The notes under the pieces are model-generated. The model was not told the origin of the DNA. It did not search any database and worked only from the letters and a program-made list of their open reading frames with translations. A stretch of DNA of 61,845 bases, counting the filler, from Choristocarpus tenellus KU-1152 (lineage: Eukaryota; Protista; Phaeophyceae): NCBI GenBank assembly GCA_964200185.2. It is 10 parts of 10 records of this genome, joined end to end, with 100 filler letters (N's around TTAATTAATTAA, not from the genome) between each part and the next. Parts side by side here need not be neighbours in the genome. Positions count along the whole stretch, not along the records: positions 21,703 to 24,532 come from CAXNAD020024366.1; positions 24,633 to 27,488 come from CAXNAD020024164.1; positions 27,589 to 36,197 come from CAXNAD020004532.1; 7 more parts are not named here. One strand, given 5' to 3'. Made by a program: the position numbers and the translations under genes. Of the stretch, positions 21,788-34,450 are shown piece after piece; position 1 is the first letter of the stretch; each line of letters begins with the position of its first letter.

Positions 21788-24532
21788 TGTGGAAAGCATG
21801 TTTGTCTGTTTTTTTACCGTTAACGCCGTATGCCATATACCGTTACATCATTGCACCGATTGATGTTCCTTGTCAAGCATCCATGATTCCACTGGCGGAC
21901 CTTCCGTCAGAATGAAACCATGGAATCTCTGAGACTTGGGACAGTTCGTCATTCAGAGTTGTCACACATGGAAGATCCACTTTTTTCTCATGCCTTGACT
22001 TGTAGTCATGAGGCCCTTCTTTGAAGATGCTCATGACTCCTCAATTTACACTTGTCCAACCTTAACCTCGTACCCTCGGTTACGGTTCGTCTTTGTTCGT
22101 CCGGTCCGTCTTGCCCGGTGATTCTCCTCACCACCCTTGCCTGAGTGAACCACACCGCCACAGAATCACACGATTCACATTGGCGACACCAGTGACCTCA
22201 GAAATAGGGTGACAGGGGATTTCTGTTTGGCCATGGACAAAAGATGCCGAACTCAAGATCGAGGCGAAAACGTCGTGCACAGGAGTGCATTACTCCAAAT
22301 CTGGGACCATGCAGAACACCAGAAGAGGAGGTCCAAGATCGTCAGGCTCATGCCAGACCCGTGTCGTCAACCCTTGAGCATCGTGTTAGCTCGGGCGACC
22401 GCGACACTCGTCGGGTCCTGTTTCAGGAAGAACCGGTCCCGCCTCCAAGTTCTACTACTTGTGAGCTGGCCATTTCGCAGGCCAAGTTCGGTGATGCTGT
22501 ACCAGTGTTCATCGCACACCACATCAACGAGTGCGCAAGAACTAACACCGTGCCTCCTGAATGGCTCCAGGACGTGATGAAACTCCAAGTTCGGGGAACG
22601 GGCACCGATCGCGTAAGATCCTTTGAACAGAGTAGCGACGTTGCACACCCACAACCACTGTCAGAAGGGAGTCATTTCAGGTTTTCCGCTTCGGAAATAC
22701 CATTGGGTCTGACAATTACAGGTTCTGGAGATGAAGACTTGCCACTCCTGTTCTATAAATTGCATGTGGCAGTTTCAATGCATTCTAGTCAGTATGGTCC
22801 AGCATCCCCTGAAACAGTTGAAGCTCGGTGGGTAGAATTTTTACCAAAGAATTCTTCGTCCATGTTGATGCCAGTGAGAGTAGTGCTGGAGGGTTTTTAG
22901 CTCAACTATGATCCGATAATCCTGCAGACCTAAGTACCATTGCATACTTCGGGAAATTTTTATAATGAAGCTCAACGTCACTATTCAGCTATATTAAGAG
23001 GGTGTTATGCAGTCGTCACAGCTATCACTCATTGGCGACCGTATCTTTGGGGTAGACACTTTACCTGCATCACAGATCATGCTGCATTGTGTTACTTGTA
23101 TAGAATGTAGGATACCAGTAACATGCTTACTTGTTGGGCTATTGCGCTCCAAGCTTATGATTTTGATGTCAAACACAAGTCTGGTAAGCTCAATGTTATA
23201 CCTGATACTCTATCTCGTATTTTCAAGTTTGAGGAACAGGAGAAATCCGTTGCTCCAATGCTGGTACCAATCTGTCGTAATGTGCCTGAAGGTAGTCATG
23301 CATTTACCACACGTGTTCAGAAGGAATACGAGTTATCTGCTTCTAACCTTGACTAAGCAATGCCCGTCCGAAGTGATCGTGAACTATTTAGTAGTTCCAC
23401 TACCGTGTTTCCTGCAGTGGACCTGGAGTAATTACGCAAGGAGCAGGAATCCGAGTTCGGACCATATTTCAGGTATTTGTAGTCTCCCAACGTCACCCCA
23501 CCGCCTGATAAGGAATCAACGACGTCTATGTCGTATTTTTTCCTTCGTAATGGCTTACTGTATCGTTCATATTTACCAGACCATCTTCGTAAGAGGAGCT
23601 CGTTTAGAGACCAGTTGGTCGTTCCTCACTCGTTAGTCTGTCTTATACTCCATACTTGTCATGACGATGCATTGTCTGGAGGCCAGTTAGGTTTCATATC
23701 CACGTTCGATAAGGTTAGAGACTCGTATTGGTGGCCAACATTCAGTATCGACGTTCGTACATGGTGTCGTGATTGTCAAGCATGCCAAACGCGTAAGACT
23801 GCTCATAAGAAACCTACGCGTCCCACTGGCCATATGCCCGTTGATAGACCATATGGACGTGTTGCTATTGATTTGGTAGAGTACAAACACGTTCCCAGCA
23901 GCAAATGGTGTGATGTGCTCGTATTTGTTGTCTGCCATTGATCACCTAACTTGTTTTGTTGTGCTGAGCCCTATTCCAAATAAAGGGACTGCAACAATTG
24001 CTCGTACACTGGTAGAACGTGTATTTTCAATTTTTGGTCCACTAGAGTTGTTACACTCCGATCAAGGTACCGAATTTGAAAACCGTATTGTTGCAGAGTT
24101 GCAGCCTGTCGTTGGTTACAAGAAAACCAAAACCACACCGTATCACCCCCAAGGAAATTCTGTGTTAGAAAGAGTACATATAACGTTGCATTCTATGCTA
24201 GCAATGTATATATCTGTTGCTGAGGATAACTGGGCATCATTATTGCCTTTCGTACAATTAACACAGAATTCAGTACAAAGTTGCATGAAACCCTGTTTTT
24301 CCTTCTGTTTGGAAGACAAGTTCGCTCACCTGTTGACATTATCCTTGGTTCGCCTAATGCTGATTCAGATGTCATTACTGAAGAGTTTACTCAGCAAACC
24401 AAAGACAATTTACTGCTTGCTTTTGAGTTGGCACGTCGTAACCTCCATGAACACATTAAAAATCAGGAGCGTGTCAACCAACGTCTCGTGCTCCCCTTTT
24501 TCGTACCTGGTAGTCAAGTTCTAGTCCATAGG
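21788..24532 (+). mobile_element. Internally deleted Ty3/Gypsy LTR retrotransposon (5' LTR 21788-22179, PBS-like site, gag-like ORF, RNase H, integrase)
   Basis: TG...CA LTR followed by TGGCGACACC; ORF 22244-22900; RNase H (WRPYLWGRHFTCITDHAAL, WAIALQAYDFDVKHKSGKLNVIPDTLSR); integrase Zn finger (CHDD..YWWP..CRDCQAC); rve core (IDHLT, HSDQGTEF, YHPQGNSVLER). The RH-IN order is Gypsy. Stops and frameshifts present. Confidence 0.93.
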
Positions 24533-24632
24533 NNNNNNNNNNNNNNNNNNNNNNNNNNNNNNNNNNNNNNNNNNNNTTAATTAATTAANNNNNNNNNNNN
24601 NNNNNNNNNNNNNNNNNNNNNNNNNNNNNNNN

Positions 24633-24720
24633 AGGAAAATACCATAACTAAACCCATGAGAAGCCAAGTCCCAAATGGACAAAAAGGGCAAAACTCGTAC
24701 CCTCTAAGATACTTTCACTC
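24633..24720. mobile_element. MITE family A, partial (contig start)
   Basis: ..caaatggacaaaaagggcaaaactcgtaccctctaagatactttcactc matches the family A end. Confidence 0.88.
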
Positions 24721-26330
24721 TATTCTAGCACAATGCTTGACGCCATAACCTTCCAATTTCGCATTGCCTGAATGCTTCAGTCACCCCCATCATTGTTGGT
24801 AAACTAGCAGTGACCTAAATGACGTGGGTCGTTTATCTTGGACATCAGTACAATGAGTGTTGACGTCAACCAACCTGATACTATGAAGGACATCAAGATA
24901 TCTCCTACACCCTTCCACGATATTAGTTACGGATATATGTTGAGAGGCACTCTGTCTGGTTCTCTCTTCCTCAAACCCTTTGAGGTGTAGGTAGAAACCA
25001 CTTTGGTCTCCAGAGTGAAAGTATCTTAGAGGGTACGAGTTTTGCCCTTTTGTCCATTTGGGGCTTGGCTTCCTATGGGATCCTTTATGACATTTTCCTA
25101 CTCCAAAATGTTTAGGAGTCGGTAAAGTTTGTATGTTACTAAGAGGTGTGCCTGGAACATGGATATTGACGCTTCCTAACAAACACGATAGCCAAAGTTT
25201 CATCAAAATTGCAACATTGGATTTTGACCCCCTAATGGACACGGCTCTACCCTCTAAGATAATTTGACTCTCCATGCGGGTATGTTTCCCTTCTTCCTGG
25301 TGTAGGTGTCAAGATAGTCCTGTAAAGAAGGCAGATGCCCTTACCCGTTTGACGACCTGTTTGCCAGCTGTCTGCAACCCCTTTTTGAAAGTGGAATCAT
25401 GGAAGTCTGTACGTGGTTGTTTCCATATTGCCTTTCCCACTCCTCCCAAGCTTTCAATAAGTTTGCTTGAGCTTGGTCACTTGAACACACCACCCTCCTG
25501 GCAACACTGTCCGCGAAGGGGGTGGGAGGACTTCTGAGGTAGCTTCCAGCAAATTGGCTGTGTGTGAAGATGCCATGTTGAATTGGTAGATGTATCTATT
25601 ACAAAACCCTCCACAAGGTCACCTTGAGGGGATATGTAGCTCCAATCCACAAGCCTGTTGACTAAAGATGAGGCTTGTAGAGAGCACCATAATGGACATG
25701 TCGTCAATTATGCTGGATCTCTCACTTTAATTGTTCACGTTCTTGCCCGATTGGGGTATACAGAAAGGACTGGACAAACATGTATGACCTACTCCTAGTA
25801 TATCCTGCATCATAATGACCAGAAAATAGATTAATAGACAAGAAATACAATATACAAAATCTAAGACTTTAAGGTCATAATGGCGTTTATGAGACTGCCA
25901 TTAAGATGCATCACCTGTGACACATCAGCTAATACTATCTTTGATTGGCACAGCCTAGTAGGACGTGAGGGATTTTCCAGCAGTATACCTGCCAGTTCAG
26001 ATCTCAAGAGGCGACTAGAGACCAGGGATTGTACGTAAAGAAAAAATCGTCTCCTTCGACAATATCGATAACATCTGGAGATCCGATTCTGTTGGATAAA
26101 CATATTGCACACTCCGGTTGTGTAAGAGGCGGCGATCAACCTGTATTTTGAGGATATAATCAAGAAAAACGTGCTCCATCTCCCCTCGGTTATCCAAGTA
26201 CATCTGGGACCCTTCCCCCTTGTTGCGTACACTGAAACGGTGTTGACAAGTGGAAGTCTGTTCATCACTGCAAACAATCATTGTTATTCAACACATCTTG
26301 TCCATATACCCCAAGAATTCTACTGTCAAT
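24721..26330 (-). mobile_element. Decayed RTE-like LINE (APE C-terminus and linker region), split by MITE A
   Basis: FAVMNRLPLVNT, LDYILKIQVDRRLLHN..ESD, PGGWCVQ, GDQSGFYLHLKG and FRSLL match brown-algal RTE-like ORF segments in the correct order. Confidence 0.75.
25013..25270. mobile_element. MITE family A (258 bp, TSD TCCA)
   Basis: TIRs gagtgaaagtatcttagagggta / taccctctaagataatttgactc, with tcca on both sides. Confidence 0.95.
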
Positions 26331-27732
26331 GATCCTCTCCTCTCTCACTTCTCACTCTAGTGCAGTCGTTCTCGACAGTTTTTCCACAGTTCCGGTTTAG
26401 TGAGTGGTACGTTACATGGAAGTAAATGAAACAAGAAAACGGCGGCATGCCGATTTGAGGACATATCGAACATTGCCACCAACCACTTGTGGGGATGGGT
26501 GGATTGGTACTATGTTTTAGGTTGTACTGTCAATGTGAACATAAACAGATGGCTGTATTATTGTTTTTCAGTTTTTTGCTGTCAATTGTTTCGTTTCACT
26601 GACTACATACATACACACTATTTAGTACTCGGGATTTCTATAATATGTATTATTATGCCCTCGGGAGATTAAAAACTACAAGGGTGAAAGATCCCTCGTA
26701 GTGGGTTTGCTCTTGTACTCGGTATGGTTGAAGCTCTGGCGATCCTAAACCAAAGATATATTTCTAAGTTCTATCCGTAGTCCAGTTCAGTTCAGATATT
26801 TCACGGTCCAAGATAATATCGTGGGTTAGTTGAAGCGACCTAGTTGAGTTGGATCAGATTTACCCAGTTAAAATATGTCAGCGAACCCCCAAATTGTTCT
26901 AAATATATATATATATAATACATGCGTATGTGGGAATAAAATGTTTTTGAAATTGTCTAAAGTTGCTTACATCCTGTCATTGCAAATATGTTAATCTAAG
27001 ATCTGATCAGATGCACTCTGTACCATGTATGTTCTAATGGGACGGCGGACCTGAACATGACCCAGTCCAGTTACAATTTTCAACAGCCCTGAACAGCCAT
27101 GTCAAACAATTCTTCATCAGGTCCCCTGCGGCCCAGTCTGGTCGAAAGCTCTGATTATCCTGGACCGGTCCCTGTTCAAAACAGATTTCACACCTGGTCA
27201 GGTCCATGGCACAGTCCATTTGAAATTGAACCAGTCCTGCACCGGTTCCAAGAAAGTCCATAGACAGAGATTATTCCACAAGGACTGGCTACATCCCCCA
27301 TGTTGTTATTGAGCTGGATTTCCCCTAAACTTGTGTATATGAATTGTTAAGCTGTCCTTGGCGATCTGTTGTCCCACACAACTAGTTATATTATTGTTTA
27401 TTAACTTGTACCACAGTTAAGAAGAGAGTGAGATACCTTCACTAGGTGGGGCTCACCAGTCCTTACACTTAATGACTCAGAATACCAANNNNNNNNNNNN
27501 NNNNNNNNNNNNNNNNNNNNNNNNNNNNNNNNTTAATTAATTAANNNNNNNNNNNNNNNNNNNNNNNNNNNNNNNNNNNNNNNNNNNNTGTTCAGCTATG
27601 TTTTTTTTGTGGGTTGGGATGTGGTTTGGTGTGTTTTTTTGTGTGGGGGGGGGGGGGGGGGGGGGGGGTTCTTTTCTGGTCGTATTTGACCTTTGTCTGA
27701 TGATCGTTTGGGCTGTGGTGAATGAATGATTC

Positions 27733-27840
27733 GCCTTGTGCGTGTTTGGTATTCTACTGGAGATTGATTTGCTTTGTGTGTGTTTGGTATACTACTGGAG
27801 ATTGATTTGCTTTGTGTGTGTTTGGTATACTACTGGAGAT
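27733..27840. repeat. 38-bp minisatellite, ~2.8 copies
   Basis: Unit gctttgtgtgtgtttggtatactactggagattgattt. Confidence 0.9.
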
Positions 27841-27997
27841 ACAGTGTGTTCTATTGTGTTACCAAGAGAGTGTTTTGAGACTTGAAACCTTTGTTTTATT
27901 TTCAAATGTTATGGGTTTGAGTTGTAGTAATGGCAACATGTTTCTCACTCTCTCTGCCTCTGTCTCTCCATCAATGTTTGTGTCTGTCTGTTTGCAG

Positions 27998-30900
27998 GGT
28001 CTGCGCTATGAGGTGGCTGTATCTGCCACATCAAACTGTAAGGCGATTGGATGGAATGGTGCGTCTTTGATGAGTACAGGTATGAGATGCATTTCATTGG
28101 GTGAGATTAATTGACAGCAAAGAAGGGTATAGGTAGGTCCCGATTCTTTTCATCCGATTGAGATGATGAACATGCACCTGTTCAAGATATGATAGTTACG
28201 TTATGCTTTTATTTGTGGAAGGGATCTGGTTGGTGGGCGGGCAGGAGGAGAGAGATGTTTCTGTTTGTCATACATTTTTGTTTGTCATTGACCTGTCAGA
28301 TTGTATTGCATGGATTCGATCAGATGAATGAACTAACCAATAAGTAGGAAATTGGATTGAAGGGAGGGAGAATCCTGTTTCTGACAAAAAGGATACACAT
28401 GTTGTATCCTGTACCCATCTTTATCCATAATTATGTTGCTCATCCCTCATCCCCCCTACCCCCCCCCCCTCCACATACACATACACCATTCTTTTTTCAA
28501 ATCAGATCAATCTGGGGGATCATCCGCTCACAGGCGAGCATCAGTAAAGACTGGTTCAGTTTCATCCCCACCAGTCTCCCGTGCTCTTTTCAAGACGATG
28601 TCTCTGGGAACTAAGGTGACGAGTTCTGTTTTGCATGGGAAGGGGGAATCGCCCTTGGGAGGATAGAGAGGAGGGGGGGAGAGGGGGGAGAGGGAGGAGG
28701 ATTGGATTAGTTGATAGTATACTATTCATATAATTTATGTTTATCACTGTCTTTATGTGTAAAGCAAAAATGATAACAGTAGTAATAGTAATACATACGG
28801 GATATATTTAGAGTTAAGTGAGGCAGGAGTTGGGCGGGAAAGTGTGGGGATGGAGGAGGTGTATGATTTATTAGATACACACTGACTGTACAAGTTGTAG
28901 GTGTAAGACACAGCTTGTCATGGTAGTGATAACACATTACAGTATGATAGCGGGATTTAAAAATTGAAAACTACGGTACTGTGCTGTATGGTCTACTGTA
29001 TTATACATTGTATGTTGTCTATACAATACAGCAGATTTGAACATCACAGTACAGTATTTATATGCCAAGTTCTGTTTATGTATGGTATGGTATGGTATGG
29101 TATGGTATGGTAGTGATTACTGTAATAAGAATCCTACAATATGGCGGTAATGGTATCAAGTACCAAACTTATTACTGTGGTGGTCATTGCTGTGACAAGC
29201 CTTGCTTGGTATAGAAGTCATTTGGGGTGTTAATAATCTTTTCTTTAAGTGTCCATGTGAACGTTTGGTTCTGGGCAGGTGTCAGCATCCTGTCACTGTC
29301 TGTGGTGTTTTGTGGCAATCTGAAACACACGTTTTGTAAAGCCAACACACTCATCCTACTACTGCTGCTGTTGCTGCTACTACTAGGATGGTGGTCTAAT
29401 GAATTGTAGTGATTGTATTGGTTTGATTTGATGAAATCGTGATGAATCAAAACTCTAAGTTTATCATTACTAATCCGTTACTATGTAGTAAGTAGCTCTT
29501 TTCCACCAATAGATGTGCCACATGTTTCAAGTAGCGCTATGCTTGTATGTTTTGGTTATGACCTACTACATTAGAATGATCCTAGCTGATTTAAGTTACA
29601 GTCTCAAGTACTTCTGATGTAAAACGCAAAAGATAGTGTTGTCGATGGGTGCTTTCGTTTCCTTGTGGACATCTCATGTGAAATACCATGTGTTGCTGGG
29701 GATATTCTGGAGGGTTCTCATCTACTGTAAAATCTCTATGGAGTGTTGAGATAACTTACGTGAATCCCTTTGCTTTAATAAAATTATTCCCTTTCTAAAA
29801 CGGGTCAGTTTTGGAGGATTTTATTTTTTTAATTTTGAGAGTTTATTGTTTTATTTTCATTGATATTAATATTATTTTTGTCACTGTTCAAAATTTATTT
29901 TTAGAATTTTTGTTTAATGGTCACCGGAAATGAGGTAAATATAGGTTTTTTTCCAGTTTGAGTTTGACTGCAAACAGGTGTCTGAAGTGGATGACATTTG
30001 TATGTCTGTGCATTAGTATTTTTCCTACTTGATAACTATCTTCTGTACTCCTGGTCATTCCTCAGCAAGTGAGTATAAATGTTAATGATCGTCTCATTTG
30101 CGCTAACACTCTAAGTAGAACTCCGGAATCGTAATAGTAGTAGTTTTATTTGACATGTAAACATAAAGATGTCGTGCAGTGTGTGTTTGGGAACATATCG
30201 ATGTAGATGTAGCCTCCAAGAATCACCGTCTATCTTCAAGGGTAACAATACCACAAAGTAGTGAAATTCGTGGGTCTGTGGTGTTGGAAAAATTGTTCAC
30301 CATTTCATTAGGCTGTGTGACGATGCACTTGGGTGTTTTTGTGGGGTTTGGTAGTGAATTGTGGCAGTTCTGCGCTGATGGTATGGAGGTGAAAAACACA
30401 TTTATATCAGATTCTCAACTCACACCCTCTTTCCTCCTCTCAACCTCTGCAACAAACTAGGAATTCTTGATGACGCAAAAGGAGGAAGGTAAGAAGGATG
30501 GTGGCAGTGTGGAGGTATCTCCCCTGGGGACACTTCTGATCCAACGAGCTTGCGAGAATGAAGAGATCGCAAACTTTCTCTTCTGGTACCTCTTGATTGA
30601 AGTGCAGGTGTGGATGTGTAGTTTACCCTCCGTGCAGGGTGCTGCACGTGAACCATTTGCTTGGTGAAAGAGCCCTTCTTGTTGTTTTTTGAGGTCATTT
30701 CGTTCTGTTGCATTGTTTCGGGCATCTGGATGTACCCTCTCCCTTGCTGAGACACTCCTACACATAATGGCATTTATTACAATTCCAAAAAGAAGAATCT
30801 ACTTCATCACTCGACATTTTGATCATGTGGGGGCGTCAATATGTTTTATGTATATTGCGACATTTCCTGATTTGTTGGGGACAGCTTTTATTACTGTCAT

Positions 30901-33900
30901 TGTTAGTATTAGTATTTATGTTGTCTTGTGATGTAACTGTGAGTGAGACGAGACCCTTTTCCCTTTAACCACCCTTTCGCCCCTGTCCTACCACTGCCAG
31001 TATAGTTCAGTATTGCTGACGTTTTTCATTTGGTCTCAAGGTTGTAACCTCCCTCACACACTCTCCTTTCCCCTTCTCCCTTCTTGTCTATTTGTGTCAC
31101 TGTGGGTCATGAAGGGTGACCCAGCTTACGAAAATGCCTACTCTCAACTTCTTAAGGCGTTTGAGTCTGCCTTGGAGACTGTGAATCCTAACTTCTTCAA
31201 GGCTCTCAAGGTTTGTAAGATTTGGGCAAGTTCATATCTGTGTTTTCATGCCTGTCTGGATGCTATTTTCATGCAACTCTCACGTGCTACAACCGTACGT
31301 ATGGTCTGAATACGCCTACTCGTACAGCTGAATGAAACCTATTGTGCTGAATATAGAGTAGTGGATAGACATGGAGTTGTGTTCCTGGTGTTGTATCAAA
31401 TTCTTAAGTGCTCTTTATGACAGTAAGGTTCTAGGTTCTTTCATATCATGTGCGGGGAACAGGGAAGACAAAACATTCCAAGTTGATTGTACTCGAAGGT
31501 ATGATCGTGTGCCGGTAAAATGATCTCTCGGTTTATTATGGTACAATTATGTCGTGATGTTGCTGTAAAGGGTGCAACTTTCAATGGGGATCTTTTTCCT
31601 TGTTTGCATGGGTGGCATTTCGTCATCTCCTCTTGCTCTCTCTGTGACCTTCGCCACTTCGTGATGCTGCTATCCCCATGGACGACCTTGGTTGTAGTAC
31701 AACGTTCAGTGTGCGTTTGCTGACACCCACATCCAACTAATTTCTCTGCGCGGTTTCTGAAAAAGTATGATCTTTACATGACATCACCTGGCTCTTTAGT
31801 ATTTTGGTTTGCGAAGTGCATACCTTGCCGCGAGTTGTCGTAGTGCTCACTGTAAACGCAAGAGAGGTAACGAAAATGCACGACAACGGAAGCGGTGAAA
31901 CAGTCCTGGTGGAAGACACCGACTACACTTTAAAATACCAAGATTTACATCATTTGTAGCATCCCGTTCGGGCCTGTAGGCTAATGGATAAGCCGCTGCC
32001 CTTCGAAGGCAGATATTGTCGGTTCGAGTCCGGCCAGGCTCGACGTTTTTTTTCACACCAAACTTTTTTCTGGAACACAATATTTTTTGTAGTTATGACG
32101 AAGTACGTGGACACCAAGTTTTGTATAATACATTGTCGTGTACTTTTGGTCTTGGTTTCCATCCCTCTTAGCACATCTCGAAAATGTGGGAGGTCAGGGT
32201 TAGGGTTAGGGTTAGGGTCATGGTAAAACGAAAAGAAAGAAAAAGACGATAGTTTGTCTGGATTTTGTACCGTTCGGGTAAACTTCTTGTTCGTAGTGGC
32301 AAAGCAATCCAACACTTTGAAAGTAAATGTGCTTCTATTTTTTATGTTGATATGAAGTAGAGTATTAATATATTTTATTATTGTACCCTCTAACGTTTTG
32401 CTGACGTATCTGGGAAAACCCCAAACTATGTCACTACGACTACTGTAAATATAGCAGTTGTCAACGTAAATACAGCTCTAAAAGTTCTACAGATTGCAAA
32501 CTACAGTACATTAAATGAGCAAGCTGTTCCCACACCGCGGACGTCAACTGTACAATAGTACGGTCACTGGGTTTGTTCTATTGACATGTATGCAATACTG
32601 CCAATATTGTTGTGCTCACTTTATTCACCAAGGTGTTTGAATATTATTACTACTTTACCAACATGTAAGACTCTACTTTTTACCAACCCAAAGCAACACC
32701 TCTATGGTTTGTGTGCAGAAGAGGACACCAACCTCACGAGAAGTGGTATATGAAGTGTTGTCTCCATCAACCCCCAGACTGTATTTTACAGTTCTGAATT
32801 CCCATGTGTAACACAAAACACGATGACTTGCGTGTTGCTTCTTGCTCCCTCTACAACATCTGCGAAATATCTCAGTGGGCAAAATAATAAATTCACCGCC
32901 TTCATCCGTCTGAGCCCCTTAGCTTTTGTGTCACTGCTTTGTTGTAAGAGTCCAAGTGGCGTTCAGCAGAAGTGACACGATAAGCTCAGATTATTGTTTG
33001 TGATAAGTGACACGATATGTATGGTATCCTACACGACAATATGTTGTTGAGACTTCTTGATGTGTGAGACACCTTAATAGGCGCACATTTTTTTTTTTTG
33101 TAGGTTGAGGTTAAGTAAATGGATGCCTTCATTGATCCGTCCATAATGCAGAAAGAGTATTGGGTAAGGGTTCTGGACTCTTACTACTGTATTATTGTAT
33201 TATATTGTGGGACAACAAGGGACAACAGTAACCTTAGAGGGACAACCCTCATAGTTGTAATTGATACAGTGTATTTTTATGTGTAGAATATTGTGAGGCG
33301 TTCATGTATGTACCTGTAGTTTTATCAAGGATGGATGTGATACATATTCATGACTGTTTCAGGAATATTTTGGCGGTGGTGCAACTTGCCTGAGGCAGTG
33401 GTCAAGTCACATTGTGGCAAATAGTCCCGTTTATATAATAGTAATAATAATAATAATAATAATAGTTGTTGAACCTCCTCGCTAGGTTAAAAAAAAAATA
33501 CAGCAAAAGCTAAAGGCGTTGCATGTTAAGTCTACCCTCCTTGCAGATACGAAAATTGTTTGTATATTGTCCACAGTCACAGTGACCTTTCTTCCCTTCA
33601 ATCTCACCGCCGCCCCCCGCCCCCGCCCCCCCTTCTTCCATGACATCCCGTATCCCCATGGTGATGGGAAGGTGGCAGAGACTTACGTGACATCTATTTC
33701 AGTGGCCCACGCCAAGGCAAAGTGCCTGGGGGGGCGGGCAGTAAAGAAGACCTCAAGACTCAAGGGATTCTTGGTGGAAGGGAACCTAGATACTGTCACA
33801 GGACTGCTCAGGTTGGTTGAACAGTCATTGATGGAGTACTTCTTGCATGTGTGTGTTTTGCATGTGTGTGTTTTGTGTTGTTTGCGGTGTGATGTGGGAA

Positions 33901-34450
33901 TAGGCGTGTTTTATCTTTTTGTTTTATCTTTTTTTATTTTTTGTGGGTATTGCTGTAGAGTGCGTAAGAGTCTGCTCTTGAGGGCTGGAGGTAGCGGAGG
34001 TACACTGTGGCAGCCTTTAGTGTTTGGTACTTTGGTACTTGTTGAGTTCTTCTTACATCGCCTGTACCTCTTTGTAGTGTTTGTATATCCGTATGTATTT
34101 ACACATCTAGGTGCATATATGGTACAATATAGCTTTGCCTATTAATAAAATAAATTTGATGTTGTGTTTTGTGTTAGTTTATGTAGGAGTACACAACATA
34201 CCCACCGTCACACTAACACACAAACATTTTAGTATTTAGTATTTAGTATTTAGTAGTAGTAGCAGTAGCAGTAATGTTTTAACTGTTTTGTCTCCTCTGC
34301 CACTGCTGTGGTTCTGTTCCTTGGGATGTTTCACAGTTCTGGTGCTGGTAGTGACTACAATGTAGAGGGTCTGGGGAATCCCCCATGTGTGCCTCTTCCA
34401 CTAGATCCACTAGTGATGGTTATGGGGCTACAGCCGTCAACAGCATACAC
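27998..34450 (+). CDS. VPS34: Class III phosphatidylinositol 3-kinase, internal part (exons 27998-28079, 28506-28615, 30461-30607, 31115-31210, 33672-33811, 34337-34450)
   Basis: A phase-consistent GT-AG exon chain translates to GLRYE...SPLGTLLIQRACENEEIANFLFWYLLIE...GGRAVKKTSRLKGFL...VPLPLDPLVMVMGLQPSTAY. This is the PIK helical domain and start of the kinase domain of Vps34. Confidence 0.88.
31600..31900 (-). mobile_element. Decayed RTE-like LINE 3' remnant in a VPS34 intron
   Basis: ..KVVHGDSSITKWRRSQREQEE.. resembles the RTE ORF C-terminus. Confidence 0.35.
31970..32042 (+). tRNA. tRNA-Arg-TCG: tRNA-Arg (anticodon TCG), intronless
   Basis: Cloverleaf GGGCCTG/CAGGCTC, D-arm GGCT..AGCC, anticodon arm CTGCC-CTTCGAA-GGCAG, T-arm GTCGG-TTCGAGT-CCGGC and discriminator G. 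A T8 Pol III terminator follows 3 nt downstream. Confidence 0.96.
32196..32218 (+). repeat. Interstitial telomere-like (TTAGGG)n block
   Basis: agggttagggttagggttagggt. Similar blocks occur at ~7003-7019 and 34917-34933. Confidence 0.8.

Noticed and set aside
24790-25275. 161-aa ORF as a gene
   Set aside because: Chimera of a MITE A reading frame and a LINE fragment.
27998-28012. 15-nt microexon (GLRYE) in VPS34
   Set aside because: The donor at 28080 (GTATGA) is stronger and is the one in phase with the 28506 exon.
28013-28615. Ser-rich insertion after LRYE in Vps34 as a novelty
   Set aside because: Variable low-complexity insertions at this position are common in Vps34 orthologues.
33519-34145. 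208-aa hydrophobic ORF as a membrane protein
   Set aside because: It is the VPS34 exon 33672-33811 read through into TG-rich intron sequence.
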